Origin: Basidiobolus meristosporus CBS 931.73
Lineage: Eukaryota > Fungi > Basidiobolomycota
Direction: 5' to 3'
Assembly: GCA_002104905.1 (NCBI GenBank)
Contig: MCFE01000157.1
Location: 1-64,000, forward strand
DNA length: 64,000 nucleotides
The notes under the pieces are model-generated. The model did no database searches. It was not told the DNA's origin and was given only the letters and a program-made list of their open reading frames with translations. A program made the translations under genes and the position numbers. Within the stretch, counting starts at the first letter, position 1; each line of letters opens with the position of its first letter. Shown here one piece after another: positions 45,480 to 57,758 of the stretch.

Positions 45480-47270
45480 TACATATTGTTTGGCCTTTTC
45501 ATTGATCCAACCATCTGTTTAATATAATCATCTTCACCCAATATTCCTAACAATTAATCTATTCAAGACATAATTTGATGTTCCATATAATAGACTTGTT
45601 CCATTGTGCCATTGGTCATAGTGCCAGAGTGTGCTGTATATTTTGTTATTAATTTGATATTTTAGGGTCATATGCATGTCAATTTTGATCCCAAACTGGC
45701 ACTGTATGGCACTATCTGGCACTCTGTGGCATGATCAGGCACCATCTGGCATGCTATGGCACTATTGGGCACTATGATCAGCTGGAATGATGGAACAAGT
45801 CTAATACAAAGGATTGACTTCTAATTCTTCTATTCTTGCCAATTCTTAGGCATATACATCTTTTCACCTGGTGTATCACCCAAAGCTGTAAAAACATATT
45901 CTAATCTGGTGGCAGCACTTACCTTTATACCATTAGCTATTAATCATTCAGCCGTGACAACTTGAGGGGGTTTGACTTTGTATTCATCTAGATTTTTAAC
46001 AGATTTAGCGATGCTCAAAAGATCAGTGGGAATATTTTACTCAGACAATCTGTATTATGTTTATTAACATTAGAAATAATCTGAACTTTGGGAAATTGTT
46101 AACCATACTGGTAATAGTACTACTATAGAGATCTTTTGCAAGTTGGCAATATCCTTGTTGGGCATTCATAACACCCTTGTATTTAAGAGTGTGATTCTTG
46201 TACATAATATATCTCTTTTTAGACATAAGAATAATTATGTCATAGTATTCTTTGAAGTTAAGTGGCATAGGTTGAGGAAGCATACTGGTACCATCTTTGC
46301 AAATATCATGGCACAGTTGGATATAATTGGGTGCGGGGATAGGAGAAGTAGGAATAATCAGGCAGGAATCAGTGTCACCATAAATAACTCTGACTGGATA
46401 ATTATAGGATATATGAGTGACAATCTGATCCAAATATTCTCTACCCATAAAGGAAATAGATTCAACGCAGCCCAAATGGCTAAAATATTTATTCTTTTCA
46501 AAGCCCATGTTTGACACAATATTTCCCAACAAGACTCATCTGAGACAGGTTCAAGGATTTGAAAGCATCTCATATTTCTTCATAATGGATGTCATCTTTG
46601 TCAACACCTAAAAGTTTTTCAGAGACAAAATGTGAACTGTATTTTTTGAGCTTAAAGCATTTAAGGTAAAGCATAAAATCAACAATAAAGTCACAACATA
46701 TTTGGACAGGCTCTAAATAAAAGCTTAATTGTTCAAAGACATATTTAAAATCAAAGCCATGAGTATTTTATCCAGTAGTAATATCAGGATCTAAAGTTTG
46801 GACAAGAGAGCCTAACTTTTGAAGAAGTTCAACCTTGGTAGAGAAAAAAGCTGGGTGATGTTATCATTGGCAGGATCATCAAGTGGTTGATTGGCAATAA
46901 AGAGGAGATTATTATCAAGTTTGCCAGACATGTAATCAGTCATAACAATATTAATCATCTCAAGCTTATCACCAGGTTTGTAAGTTTTGGGCATTCCAGA
47001 GTTAGCAGAGACCATTCATTCAATATCAAATGCCATAACCAATGGGAAAGTGGGCTTGTTACCATCAATGGGTGATATTTTTGTTGGATGAAAAACATGC
47101 TAAGTTGGGAGATGGGTAATAGAGTTATTGGGTTTGGTGTAAACATCTTTAATCTGGACCCAACCAACAAAGGCAAGGCTGTATTTAGATGTAAAAATTG
47201 GAATACATTCAAATTTGCACATTTCACATATAAATGAGGTAGCACATTGAACAAATTCTTTCATGTGCAA
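45480..47270 (-). pseudogene. polB: Decayed intronless family-B DNA polymerase with 3'-5' exonuclease, virus-like
   Basis: ExoI VMAFDIE (47019-47036); ExoII DPDITTG*NTHGFDFKYV (~46740-46792); KLKKYSSHFVSEKLLGVDKDDIHYEEI and ExoIII YCVK; then MGFEKNKYFSHLGCVESISFMGREYL, VIYGDTDS (46365-46382), SKKRY, LKYKGV, KSVKNLDEYKVKPPQVVTAE...RLEYVF and C-terminal VNPLYYMEHQI. Motif A region is deleted near 46510; AT-rich. Confidence 0.88.
45592..45802. mobile_element. Short AGAC-family MITE (211 bp) inserted in the polB 3' end
   Basis: AAT|AGACTTGTTCC...GGAACAAGTCT|AAT with a perfect 3-bp TSD; removing it restores the in-frame VNPLYYMEHQI; internal GGCACTAT repeats. Confidence 0.9.
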
Positions 47271-47848
47271 ATAGTTTATAAAGTAATGATAATAAGAAAT
47301 TTTTTATTTTTAATGGCAAGAGATGTTAGCATATAAACATCTTGGACGGCCGTAAGATGGGCAGCAGATTCAGATTGATGAGAATCAATGGCCAGCAGGA
47401 TATGCTGATGGAGTACTTGTTTAATGAGAACTCATCAAGTGCTAAATCAAAGGCAGGGTCATACATACCTTCAAGGTAGCCCTTGCTTCTTAGCTGTTTG
47501 TAATATTTGACATCAAATATGTTGGATATGTTTGTGCTTGATTGATACTGGGTACAGTACTGTAGAGCTTTGCAATATTTGTTGGACTGCAGCGGCTTCC
47601 TCAGACAGGCTATAACCAGAATACATCTGGAGTGTGAACAATGTTTTCCCTCAGTGGTGGTGGATTCCTGACAATTTGGACACATTGCAATGGTAGCATT
47701 TTTGGATATGAATGCCATGCAGCTGTTAACATATGCTGGAATCAGGGCAGTTTCTGGATCATATGTTGCCAGCCACATGATGATTGTCCACTAGCACCAT
47801 GTACATGATAAGTTGCATCCTGGTATGATTTTGGCAGGAATTAGTAAT

Positions 47849-48582
47849 AGACTTGTTCCGTTGGATAGTGCCACATTGAGCCATGAGTGCCAAATGATGC
47901 CATAGTGTGCCAGAGAGGCCAATTGAGCCTCTACCTGGCCACAGAGTGTGAAACATAGCTCTGCATCTTCATGCAAAGCAGCCCCTGTGTTTCACCCATT
48001 GTGTTGGAGAAAATCCATTTTTTGACCTTTTTTTTTGGATCAATGCTGTGCAGGATGTGTTAGAGCACAAGCAGATTGAAGATATGCATCTGGTACTCAA
48101 TACCCATGGCACTCTGAATCTAGCTCCTGTAGCTTATATCATGTCACAAAAATGAATGGCACTATCTTGGTCCACTGGTACTATCTGGCACTATAAGTGC
48201 TTTGTATAGATCTTACTTTAGGGCTAATATTTAAATATAGTGCCAGATAGTACCAGTGGACCAAGATAGTGCCATTCATTTTTGTGACATGATACAAGCT
48301 ACAGGAGCTAGATTCAGAGTGCCATGGGTATTGAGTACCAGATGCATATCTTCAGTTCTCCTGTGCTCTTACACATCCTGAGCTACATTGATCCAGAAAA
48401 AAAGGTCAAAAAATGGATTTTCTCCAACACAATGGGTGAAACACAGGGGCTGCTTTGCATGAAGCTGCGGAGCTATGTTTTACACCCTGTGGCCAAGTAT
48501 AGGCTCACTTGACCTCTCTGGCACACTATGGCATCATTTGGCACTCATGGCTCAATGTGGCACTATCCAATGGAACAAGTCT
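47849..48582. mobile_element. Full-length foldback element (734 bp): two ~347-bp inverted arms around a 40-bp spacer
   Basis: Arms 47849-48195 and 48236-48582 are near-perfect reverse complements in their inner part; AAT|AGAC...GTCT|AAT TSD; the homologous CMC site near 34495 is empty. Confidence 0.93.
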
Positions 48583-49448
48583 AATATATCCTCAAAGCCC
48601 CCATTACTGATATTAGTGGAGATGTGCCACTACTCTAGCCACAACATTACTTCATTCACCAGTAGATGGATTACTGGGCTCACTTGGCTCCATAAAGTAT
48701 CCTTGGCATTTGTTTTAATGGATGTTGTCTCATTGCATATAGGGATTTGATCAGGTTCATATGGGGTACTGTTGTAAGGAGAGATAGGCTCAAAATCCAT
48801 CAGTGAACCTTCTTTGTCAGTGTTTGCACTCTGCATGCCATATTCAGAAGGATGAGGTGAGCCTAAAGGTGTCAAAAACTCAGCTGGCTCAGTTTGCACA
48901 AGGTGGCACAGATGGCCAGGTGCCAATATAGAAATATCAACTGGCCAGCAAGATAATATTGGTACAGTAGTGACCAATGAATGGTCAAATATGACTTGGG
49001 TGGCAAAACACTGGCTGTGATCCTTGTAACACTTCCTATGCTGTCTGCATGCTTCATGGCAGAGAGGCTTGCCGCAATAGCCATATGGTCTTTTTTTTCT
49101 TCTCTTACAGGATTGAGTCAAAGTAGTCTTGTCTATGGTGCAAACAGCTTGACCTTCAACATTGTAAAGCTATTATATCACTTTTTGATCAATACTCATG
49201 TGAACTTAAGACAGTCTTGTATATAAGATATTGCACCTACATGAATGTAAGATTCAATGATGACCAGCCATAGTAAGCATTATGAATGAAGTTGTGGCAC
49301 CACATAAACATGTATATGTAACACTATTTCCCCTTTGGTTTGACTCACTTCCATATATATGCCACCAAAAAATAAAGTAAAGTCATCTGGTTCCTAACCA
49401 AACCCCACTGATGACTGCAACAGAAGAACAGTTGGTCAACAGCTTGCT

Positions 49449-51250
49449 TTGACATTCAGTGCAACAAGTGGGGCTACGTCCAAAAAAGGTTCTGTGGACA
49501 GTGTGCCCATTGAAGGTAATAATGCAGACTCTTCAGGCTATCAGTCAAGTAGGCAATTGAGAGCCTCTGCAGAGCCACAAGCTGACTGTTATGCTCAGGT
49601 ACATGATAATGAAGCCAATGCAGTACCCTCAGTTGAAGACCAGCAAGTGGCCATCATAACATCACCGCTACCCATATTAGCAAGTATGTTGTCAGCTCAT
49701 ACCAAAGCATTAATGAAGCAAATAGGTGCAGTGGCTGATAGGATAGATGCAATGGCCCAGAGAAATCAGGGAGTTGTCTCAGGTAGCTCAATGTCACAGC
49801 CAAGGGTTGAGCCATTTCCCATTGTAACAGCAGAGGAACACCATACAGTCTTTGACAAACAACAACAGTGCCCAAAGATAAAGCCCACAGCAAACCTATT
49901 ACAGCATGGGAGGGGGACAATGTGGTGGTAATACCAAAGCCTCAAAATCAAAAGACATTGGAGATCTGTGAAGCTGCTGAGTGCAATAATGAAGAGTAGG
50001 CTAATATATAAGAGGCCATCAGAAGTCCAGCATGCCATCACCTTAAGGCCGGCATACCATGGGACCATTGGGAGCTCAAGGCCAAGCAGAATGAGCTTGA
50101 CTTGTTCCATGAGCATTATCCTGGATTCAAATGGGCAAACAGATTTTGGGCCAGCATTGGTATGCTAAGAAAGTATCTTACAAATAGCAGAAACTATCAA
50201 TGGCAGAAGAACAAGAGCACCATGGCTAAAACCAGCGGTTTCCTCAAGAGCCAGTTATAAGCAGGGCCAAAAGCTCCAGATAAGCATTGAAGAGATATCA
50301 GGTAGCTGGAAGAGTGCCAATTAGGGACAAACAGGCAGACACAGATGCACCAGCACTACATTTATCAAGGAAAAAGCATAACACCACTTAAGAAGCACCA
50401 AGTCTAAGTAGCAGTGAAGGACCTGGCAGTGATAAAAACCAGTGGCTTTTGCAGGAGCCAGTCACAACCACAGTTGAGAGCTTAAAACTAGCTGAAAAGA
50501 AATGTCAGGTTGCCCAAAGAGTGCCAGCAAAGGGCAAGCAGACCAAAACAGATGCATCAGAGCAGAGTTTATCCAGCAGAAAATGTAGTTATTCACAAGA
50601 AGCACTCAGACAAAGTAGCAGTGAAAGACCTGGCAGTGATAAAGACAAAGGTAAAGGGAAAACTGTCTACGCAATCCTGAGACAGGAAGGCATGCAAAAA
50701 AAACTGCAGTTATTGCCTATTAACACTGCAAGCCTGGAACAGACTGAGTCCCATCATAGCCAAGAAGAATTACCAACAAGAAAACAGCTCTTTTCACATA
50801 TGTTAGAAGTGCAGCCAGTTGAGCTACACTCCAGTGAGGTAGATGAGTTTGCTGAAAAAGGCAATTTGTCTACCACAGCCTCCACATCCTCCATTGTTGA
50901 CAGTGTGGAGATCCCACTGACAGACAAGGCTACAGTGTTAGGAGCTCAAAAGACTATTGCAATGCCTTCAGTGGAATTTTGGAACATTAATAGGCACACC
51001 AACAGTTTGCAGCACTTCTTCAATAGCAGTGCTCAAGAAAACACACTGGAATGTTGCAAGGATTTATTGCAAAGACTGGCAGATGAGGTGCTAGACCTTG
51101 CAGTGCTGGCTGAAGACCAGGATGTGTGGGAACCAGTGAGTGATCAGTGGCATTAAGCCATTAGGTTTCCACCAAAGTCACAGTGCCAGAGCTTCACAGC
51201 AGAAATACTTACTGAGTGGTGGACTTTAATGGAGTTACTTGTTTAGTGAA
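49449..51250 (+). pseudogene. Accessory ORF of the CMC-like element (unknown family, ~600 codons, decayed)
   Basis: Fragments 49449-49931, 49970-50290 and 50449-51156 are conserved in four copies; includes a ~207-bp internal duplication (…SSSERPGSDK… units) and a conserved C-terminal helix block LQHFF..SAQEN..E.CKDLLQRLADEVLDLAVLAEDQDVWEPV..QWH. Confidence 0.6.
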
Positions 51251-52076
51251 TGGTTGGGCTTAATGTTTGTATAGGGTATAGGGACTTGTATAGGTCAATA
51301 CAATTGGCAATTGAGGTACAACTGATGTTTCAACAGAAATAAATCAGTTTGCACACATGAAAAGTAAGAGAAATGGTCAAGTCAGGAAGTAAGGAGTGTG
51401 AAAAAGAGGCAAAAGCCAATCAATGAACACAAATGTAGGAGGTAATAGAGTTTCTGGGATCAGAAAGTGAGCAAATTGGCAGGGAACCAATCAGAAGCCA
51501 CTTACACATTATTGCAATGAAAAATTTTGACCAAGTTTTTTGTCAAAACTTGGGTGCAATTATTTTTCAATGGTCTCTGGATGGTGTCCTGAAGGGATCA
51601 GTACCTCTTAGTCACAGGACTTTAGCTTTGTGATGGCCTTTTGATGGGATTATCTCAATAATCCCTCACAGGGATACATGGAAGTCAGTCAAGCCAAAGG
51701 GGAAATGGGGTTACATATATGTGTGTATGTGGTGTCACAAATGTATTGATAATGCTTACTATGACAGGTGATCATTGAATCTTACAATCATGTAGGTGCA
51801 ATGTCTCAAACACAAGACAGTCTTGAATTTACATGAGTATTGATGAAAAAGTGACATAATAGCATTATGTTGTTGAGTGACCAACTATTTGCCCCATTGA
51901 CAAGACTACTTTGATTCAACGCCATAAGAGAAGAGTAAAAAGACCATATGGCTATTGTAGCAAGCCTCTCAGCCATAAGTTTGCATATAGCATAGGAAGT
52001 ATTACTAGAATCACAGTCAGTGTTTTGCCACACAAGTCATATTTGACCGTTCACCAGTTACTATTGTACCAACAAT

Positions 52077-52779
52077 AGACTTGCTCTGTTGGATAGTGCA
52101 ACATTGAGCCATTGAGTGCCAAATGATGCCAAAGGGTGCCAGGGAGGCCAAGTGTACCTATACTTGGCCACAGAGTGTGAACATAGTTATACATTCTCAT
52201 GCAGAGCAGCCCCTGTGTTTCACCCATTGTGCGGAAGAAAATTTGTTTCTTGACCTTTTTTTGCAATCATCATTGAGCAAGATGGACATAAGCACAGAGG
52301 AGCTGAGGACATACATCTGGTACTCAATACCCATGGCACTCTGAACCTAGCTCCTGTAGCTTGTAACATGCCACAAAAATGTATGGCACTATCTTGGTCC
52401 ACTTGCACTATCTGCCACTATATTTATAAATCAGCCCAAAAGTAAAACCTATACAAGTTACATATAGTGCCATGCAATTTTGTGAAATGTTACAAGCCAC
52501 AGGAGCTAGATTCAGAGTGCCAGCAGTATTGAGTATCAGATGATTGTCTTCAGGTTGTCTGTCCTCCTGCAGATTATGCCAACATTTATTACAAGAAGAA
52601 GGGCAAAAAATGGACTTTCTCCAGCAAAATGGGTGAAACACATGGGCTACTTTGCATGAAGATGAAGATCTATATTTCACATTCAATTGTCATGTATAAG
52701 TGCACCTGGCCTACCTGGCACACTGTGGCAGCACTTGGCACTTATGGCTCATTGGGGCACTATCCATAAGAACAAGTCT
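52077..52779. mobile_element. Second, more diverged full-length foldback element (703 bp)
   Basis: AAT|AGACTTGCTC...AGAACAAGTCT|ACT; inverted arms; removing the element plus 3 bp gives GTACCAACAATATGTTGCTGG, equal in length to the empty homologues (reverse complements near 34865 and 48955). Confidence 0.9.
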
Positions 52780-53738
52780 ACTATGTTGCTGGCTGCTTGA
52801 TATTTCTATGAAGGCACTTAGGTATACTTGTCACCTTGCACAAGCTGAGTCAGGTGAGTTTGCAACGCTTTTAGGTTCACAACAGTCTTATGAATATGAC
52901 ATGCAGAGTAATAGCTCTGAAGAAACAGGCTCCCTGATGGATTGTGAGCCTATCTTCCCTAGAAACAGTACCCTGCATGAGCCTGGCAAGATCCATTTGT
53001 GCAATGTGACAACATCCATGGAAAAAAATGTCAAGGGTACTTTATGGAGTTGAGTGAGCCCAATAATCCATCTACTGGTGAATGCTGTGATGTTGTGGCT
53101 AGAAAAGTTGCTTGTTTCCACTAATAGCAGTAATGGTGGCTTGAGGACTTACTACTACTTCTTGCCAAAATCATACCAGGATGCAACTTACCATGACACT
53201 TGATGGATTTTCATTATACAAGTACTCTACCAGCCAATCATGCTGGCTACTAATTCTCATCAACCTGAATCTGCCACCTATCTAATGGTTTTGGAGCAGA
53301 AATCTGATGGTAGTTTCACTGGTATCTGGGCCTAAATCACTGTCCAACCTCAGTAGGTACCTGTATCCATTGCTGGATGAATTTTGTATGCTTTCCTGCT
53401 GGATAACAGTAAAAGGTTGTCATGTAAAAGCGCATATTATTATCTGCATTGGAGATATCCCAGCCATACACAGTATAGGCTACATTTCTGGGCACAAAGA
53501 GTGGTATTGCTGTCAAATATGTGAGATCCAGGGGACTTACTCCATGACTAGCACACATTATTATAACCCAAACACCAACACTAAGGACACCATCTTACCG
53601 CAGAGAGAAGACACAGAAGTTGTCATGCAATTGCAGCAAGACTGGCAAGCTCTAAGCTGTTGGCTGGAATATGGAATTAGTTGGTGACTGGAGATACTAA
53701 GATAGAGGGAACCTGTTAGAGCAAAGGCTTTCTACTGG

Positions 53739-54787
53739 TATGGTGGTGTATAGGTCCATGGGAGAGACATGTCCAACACTTCTGGGGTGTTCACTGGGTG
53801 CAATAACTTCTGGCAAAAGCTTGCTAGGTATACTTGGGTTCTGTCTCTAATCTAATGTGAAGGGGAATAAAGCCACAAGCTTGTCAAGGGAGAACTATTG
53901 AGCTACAATCCCCAACTTAGTTGGCATCTTAACAAAAGTATGTGCTGGGTTCAGTGTCTGTTGAGATGACAATGTACTAAAGCTTCCAAAGTCAAAACAA
54001 CTGTAAACTCCACCAGCAGGGACTTGATAAGAATGCAGCTGTGGTCAATAGTTGCAAAGACAGAAAAGTATCTTTGCCTGTGCAAGAACAAAGTTGGGAA
54101 AGAATCAAATATAATAAAAGATACATACTCTGAGTATTCCTCACAAGTAGTGCCTCCAAGGTCAGTTGGCTGTCAGTGCGGTTTCCTGGGAGTGTCCTGT
54201 GGTCTGGGGTTGGAAGTTCAGGTGGCAGCAGGTAGCAGTGATCACACTAATCAACAAGTTGGAATGTTGATAAAAGAGATGATGATTTATTGTTGAGGGA
54301 TAGCCTCCCTTATATACTTTTCTCACTGGCTAAGTGATTACTAAGCATGGTATTCAAGAAGGTTTTGGATATCAATAGAAATCTTAATGACATCAGAATG
54401 ACCTAAGAATGTTCTAAGTAGGTGCCCAAAGGTTCTAAGAGGCACAGCACATCTAACCAATCAGGAATCAGTATTCTAAAACCAGTGTAATGTAGGGATA
54501 CCATATATGGTATGGAAATGGTAGGGATGGTGAAATGGTTGATCATGTGTCACAGGTACTGGCATGGGTACTTGTCTAATATAGAAGCACTTATAGCTAG
54601 TAATCTTACATAAAGTGAGGGGTAACTTATGCAATAAGGTAAGCAGGTGTGATAGCCAACCAGCTTATGGGATAGTACTGATTGGGTAAGACAAATGGGA
54701 TAAAAATAAGTATAGTAGAGGTATAGGGAAGTAGATAATAAGGGAATGAGCACATCTGACAGTGGGTGTCACTGTCACCCCACTACA
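53739..54787. mobile_element. Solo LTR family B (~1.05 kb)
   Basis: TATGGTGG...CCCCACTACA; homologous end to end with 35664-36734; flanks CTGG / CCAG are both single CpG decays of CCGG. Confidence 0.85.
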
Positions 54788-56769
54788 CCAGGAGCAATGC
54801 ATTTGCTGTGCAACAAGATCCCTTTATAGAAGATCAAGTTGTAAGTTAGGCCATTTCAAGGTACAAGAGACCTTTGAGATATTGGAGAAATTTCAAGAAA
54901 ATGGCAAGATGTTACAGTGCCTCTGCTGCACTAAATACTACTCACAAGATCCAATCAAAATTCATATGCATATGCAACAATACTAGAGCAAGGACTTGAT
55001 GAACTGGACATGTACATAATCATGCCACCTTCTGAAGCCAATTCTACAAGTAGTACATTGTAAACATCAGGGGTTATATGTGGGCATTGTAGGAATATTT
55101 ATCTAGAAGCAGTTCACCATTGCCAACTTGACCCATCTACAGCTTTTGTGCAAAGCATACATGACAGGATTTGAGCGGCTATACTACAAATATAAGGTTG
55201 GGAGTGTTGATCTCTGCCATTACTGTCCATTAGCTACTACTTCTGGCTTGGTGTGTAGAGAATATTGAGTTGTGCTTCACCTTTTGGGAGTTTCCCATGC
55301 AGCAGATGTGTGGGGATATTGGATGAGAAGTCAATTTCTACATTGTTCAGCATGGAATTTACACAAACAAAAGCCAAAATGCCCCTTTGAGGGGACTAGA
55401 ATCCGGCAGGGAGAAGGAATAAATTGGCTCAGTACCAAAAAAGTTCTTTGTGGATATTCAGGAGGTGTTGATGGCAGAAGTGGTGGCTGCTAATCATATG
55501 TTTGCAAGATGTATGTGTTACCAGCAGTATAAGGTATATGGCAGCTTTGCAAGTATTCCACTAAAAAGCCATAAAGCTGAGGTGATAGAAGTGTGTCCAT
55601 TGTGGCAGGTGTGTATTTTTGCAGTGGTTAGCAAGCAGGAGGCCAAAGTATTTTTTGATTCAAGCTATTTGTGGAATACCCAAGGTAGTAGTGAGTAAGG
55701 AAATAAAGAGGGGCAATTCTACAATGGAATATGTGAATTGCACAAGGGAAGGTAGAAAAAGAAAATATCACTTAGTAAATTGGTACAGCAGCATTATGCA
55801 GAACCAGCTGTAGGCTACCATAGTGCGGTAATAATACCGTCACAGGCCCACAATGAGGCCATCAAAACACCATAAGTTTAGTTGCCATTTAAGGCTATTG
55901 GATGCACTGGCTGTTTAGATCCACTCAAATAGTTGTTGAGCACACTGCAAATACAACATTGCCATGCCACCCTTTCCTAAACACCACACAAACACCAGTA
56001 TGTTTTTTAACTTAAATTGGCTGTAAAATTAGTCAAATGCTGCTGTAATCCCATCATAAGATTGTGTAGATAGTCATTAGTTCCAAACTGCTGGTATTAT
56101 AACGGTCTTCTGATGGGATCTTGACAGCCAATCCAGATTGGATCCATCTGTGGGACCAAATTATTTTTCATAGGGTTCAGTGTCAAGAAAAACACAGTTG
56201 AAGGCACTTTATTCCTTCTTCTTGTACTTTAAAGCTTCCACTCTCATGTTATTAGGCGGGCATACTTCCCGCATGACAACAGCCCAAAGGCTTCTTTCTT
56301 GTAGCAACATCTTCAGCTTCACCTTCCACTTCATGATCAACACAAACATTAAAGTCAGATCTGTTACCATTGGGAGAGATTATAATACACTTAGACATAT
56401 AGCCACATGTAATCATGGTTTTGTATTTCTCTCCTTCAAATATAATTGGGTTAGCACCTTTCCAAGCTTTTTGGACCATGGTAGAATTGCTTTGATTAAA
56501 AAATACTATGGAATAAATTTGGGAAGATTGTTTTGGGCCTAGTTGTAGAGTACCAAACATATATTCAGGAGATCTCTATCAGAAGAAAAAGTTTTATCTA
56601 AAGTGATTTGGATGTTCCCTTCTAAGAAAGTATAAGTATATATGTGGAATCATAAACTTACATATCACATACCATTTTCAATGCACCTATGGTATCAGTA
56701 TATTAAACTGATTTGAGAAAACTGATCCCTGATTGATTGAATACGTTTTGCCCTCTAAAACCTTAAGGT

Positions 56770-57346
56770 CAGCAGGGACTTGATATGAATACAGTTGTGG
56801 TCATTAGTCACAAAGAAAGCAAAGTATGTTAGCCTGCCCATACATAGAAATATATCTTTGCTTGTACAAGGATAAACTTGAGAAAGAATCAAATAAGATA
56901 GATAACAGCTACTCTGGGTATTCCTCAAAAACAGTACCCTTGAGGTCAGTTGGCTGTCAGCACAATTTCCAGGAAGTGTCATGTGGTCTAAGATTGGAGG
57001 TTCAGGTAGCAGCAGGTAGCAGTGATCACACTAATTAACAAGTTGGTATATTGATAAATGGGATGCTGGTTTGTGGTTGAGGGATTGCCTCCCTTTTATA
57101 CATTTCTCACTGGCTAAGTGATTATAATCCTGGTGTACTGGAAGGTTCTTGAGATCAATAGATATCTCAATAACTTCAAAAGCAGCTAAGAATCTTCTAA
57201 GCATATGCTAGAAGGCTCTAAGAGTGACAACATATCCAACAAATTAGGGATCAGTATTCTGTAACCTGTGTACCATAAAGTCACTATGTATGGAGTGAAA
57301 ATGTTAGGAATGGTGATAATGTTTTGTCAGGTTTCACAGGTACTGG
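56770..57346. mobile_element. Partial LTR family B copy
   Basis: Homologous to about 54010-54560; interrupted at ...CAGGTACTGG by a TGTGGTGG-ended element. Confidence 0.8.
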
Positions 57347-57758
57347 TGTGGTGGTGTGAGGTACTCCTGAGAGAAGCTATACAGCTCAAAGTGTGTGAGG
57401 AGTCTGATGGGCGCAATAGCCTCTGGGTCTATGCTACTAATGTCTTTGCCAATATGTCACTATGGTAAAAGCCCCTACTTCTCTAGCCTCCTAGGTGCTC
57501 CAAGTGTCTCCAAAAGCCTCTGTGTGTCCTATGCACTACCTTGAAAAGCTTCTTGAAGGTAAGTCTGAGGTGTACTGTAGAAGATAGGTACAGTGCTTCA
57601 CTGCTAATTAATAAGGGAGAAGTGTTACTGATAGAAGGGATGATTTAATTATGTGGAATTTACTTCCCTTGATTACTTTTCCTAATTGCCAAGGGATCAC
57701 TAATGACAAGGTTTTAGAAGTTTCTAAGCAGCAGTAGAACTCTTGATGACATCACAAC
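57347..57758. mobile_element. LTR-like element with a TGTGGTGGTGT terminus (related terminus at 62350-62394)
   Basis: TGTGGTGGTGTGAGGTACTCCTGAGAGAAGCTA matches TGTGGTGGTGTAAAGGTACTCCTAAGAGAAGCTA at 62350; both follow CTGG. Right end not identified. Confidence 0.55.

Larger units (their letters stand above)
47351..51673. mobile_element. CMC/EnSpm-like transposon copy 4: truncated Tnp2 transposase (minus), shared region, accessory ORF (plus), right terminal repeat
   Basis: 47351-47778: CMAF...CPNC...ISNIFDVKYYKQL...G....DLALDEFSL...SCWPLILINLNLLP (Transposase_21 pattern). Right end ...AATAATCCCTCACAGGG at 51673 (reverse complement CCCTGTGAGGGATTATT). Confidence 0.87.
51780..56175 (+). mobile_element. 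CMC/EnSpm-like transposon copy 5: Tnp2 transposase on plus, terminal repeat at 56175
   Basis: VSGPKSLSNLSRYLYPLLDEF...IGDIPAIHSIGYISGHKEWYCCQICEIQG (53307-53687); C-terminal part at 55000-55800; end ...CCAAATTATTTTTCATAGGG. Carries a foldback element and a solo LTR. Confidence 0.87.

Noticed and set aside
45480-47270. Polinton/Maverick or linear-plasmid protein-primed PolB
   Set aside because: The motif set (DPDI.TG.N..GFD, GRE.L, YGDTDS, KKRY, KG) is that of RNA-primed PolB, and no integrase, ATPase, capsid gene or long TIRs are visible nearby.
56180-56760. 102-aa minus-strand ORF as a novel gene
   Set aside because: It sits in the CpG-depleted nest between TE fragments, is flanked by stops and has no recognisable motif; likely decayed TE sequence.
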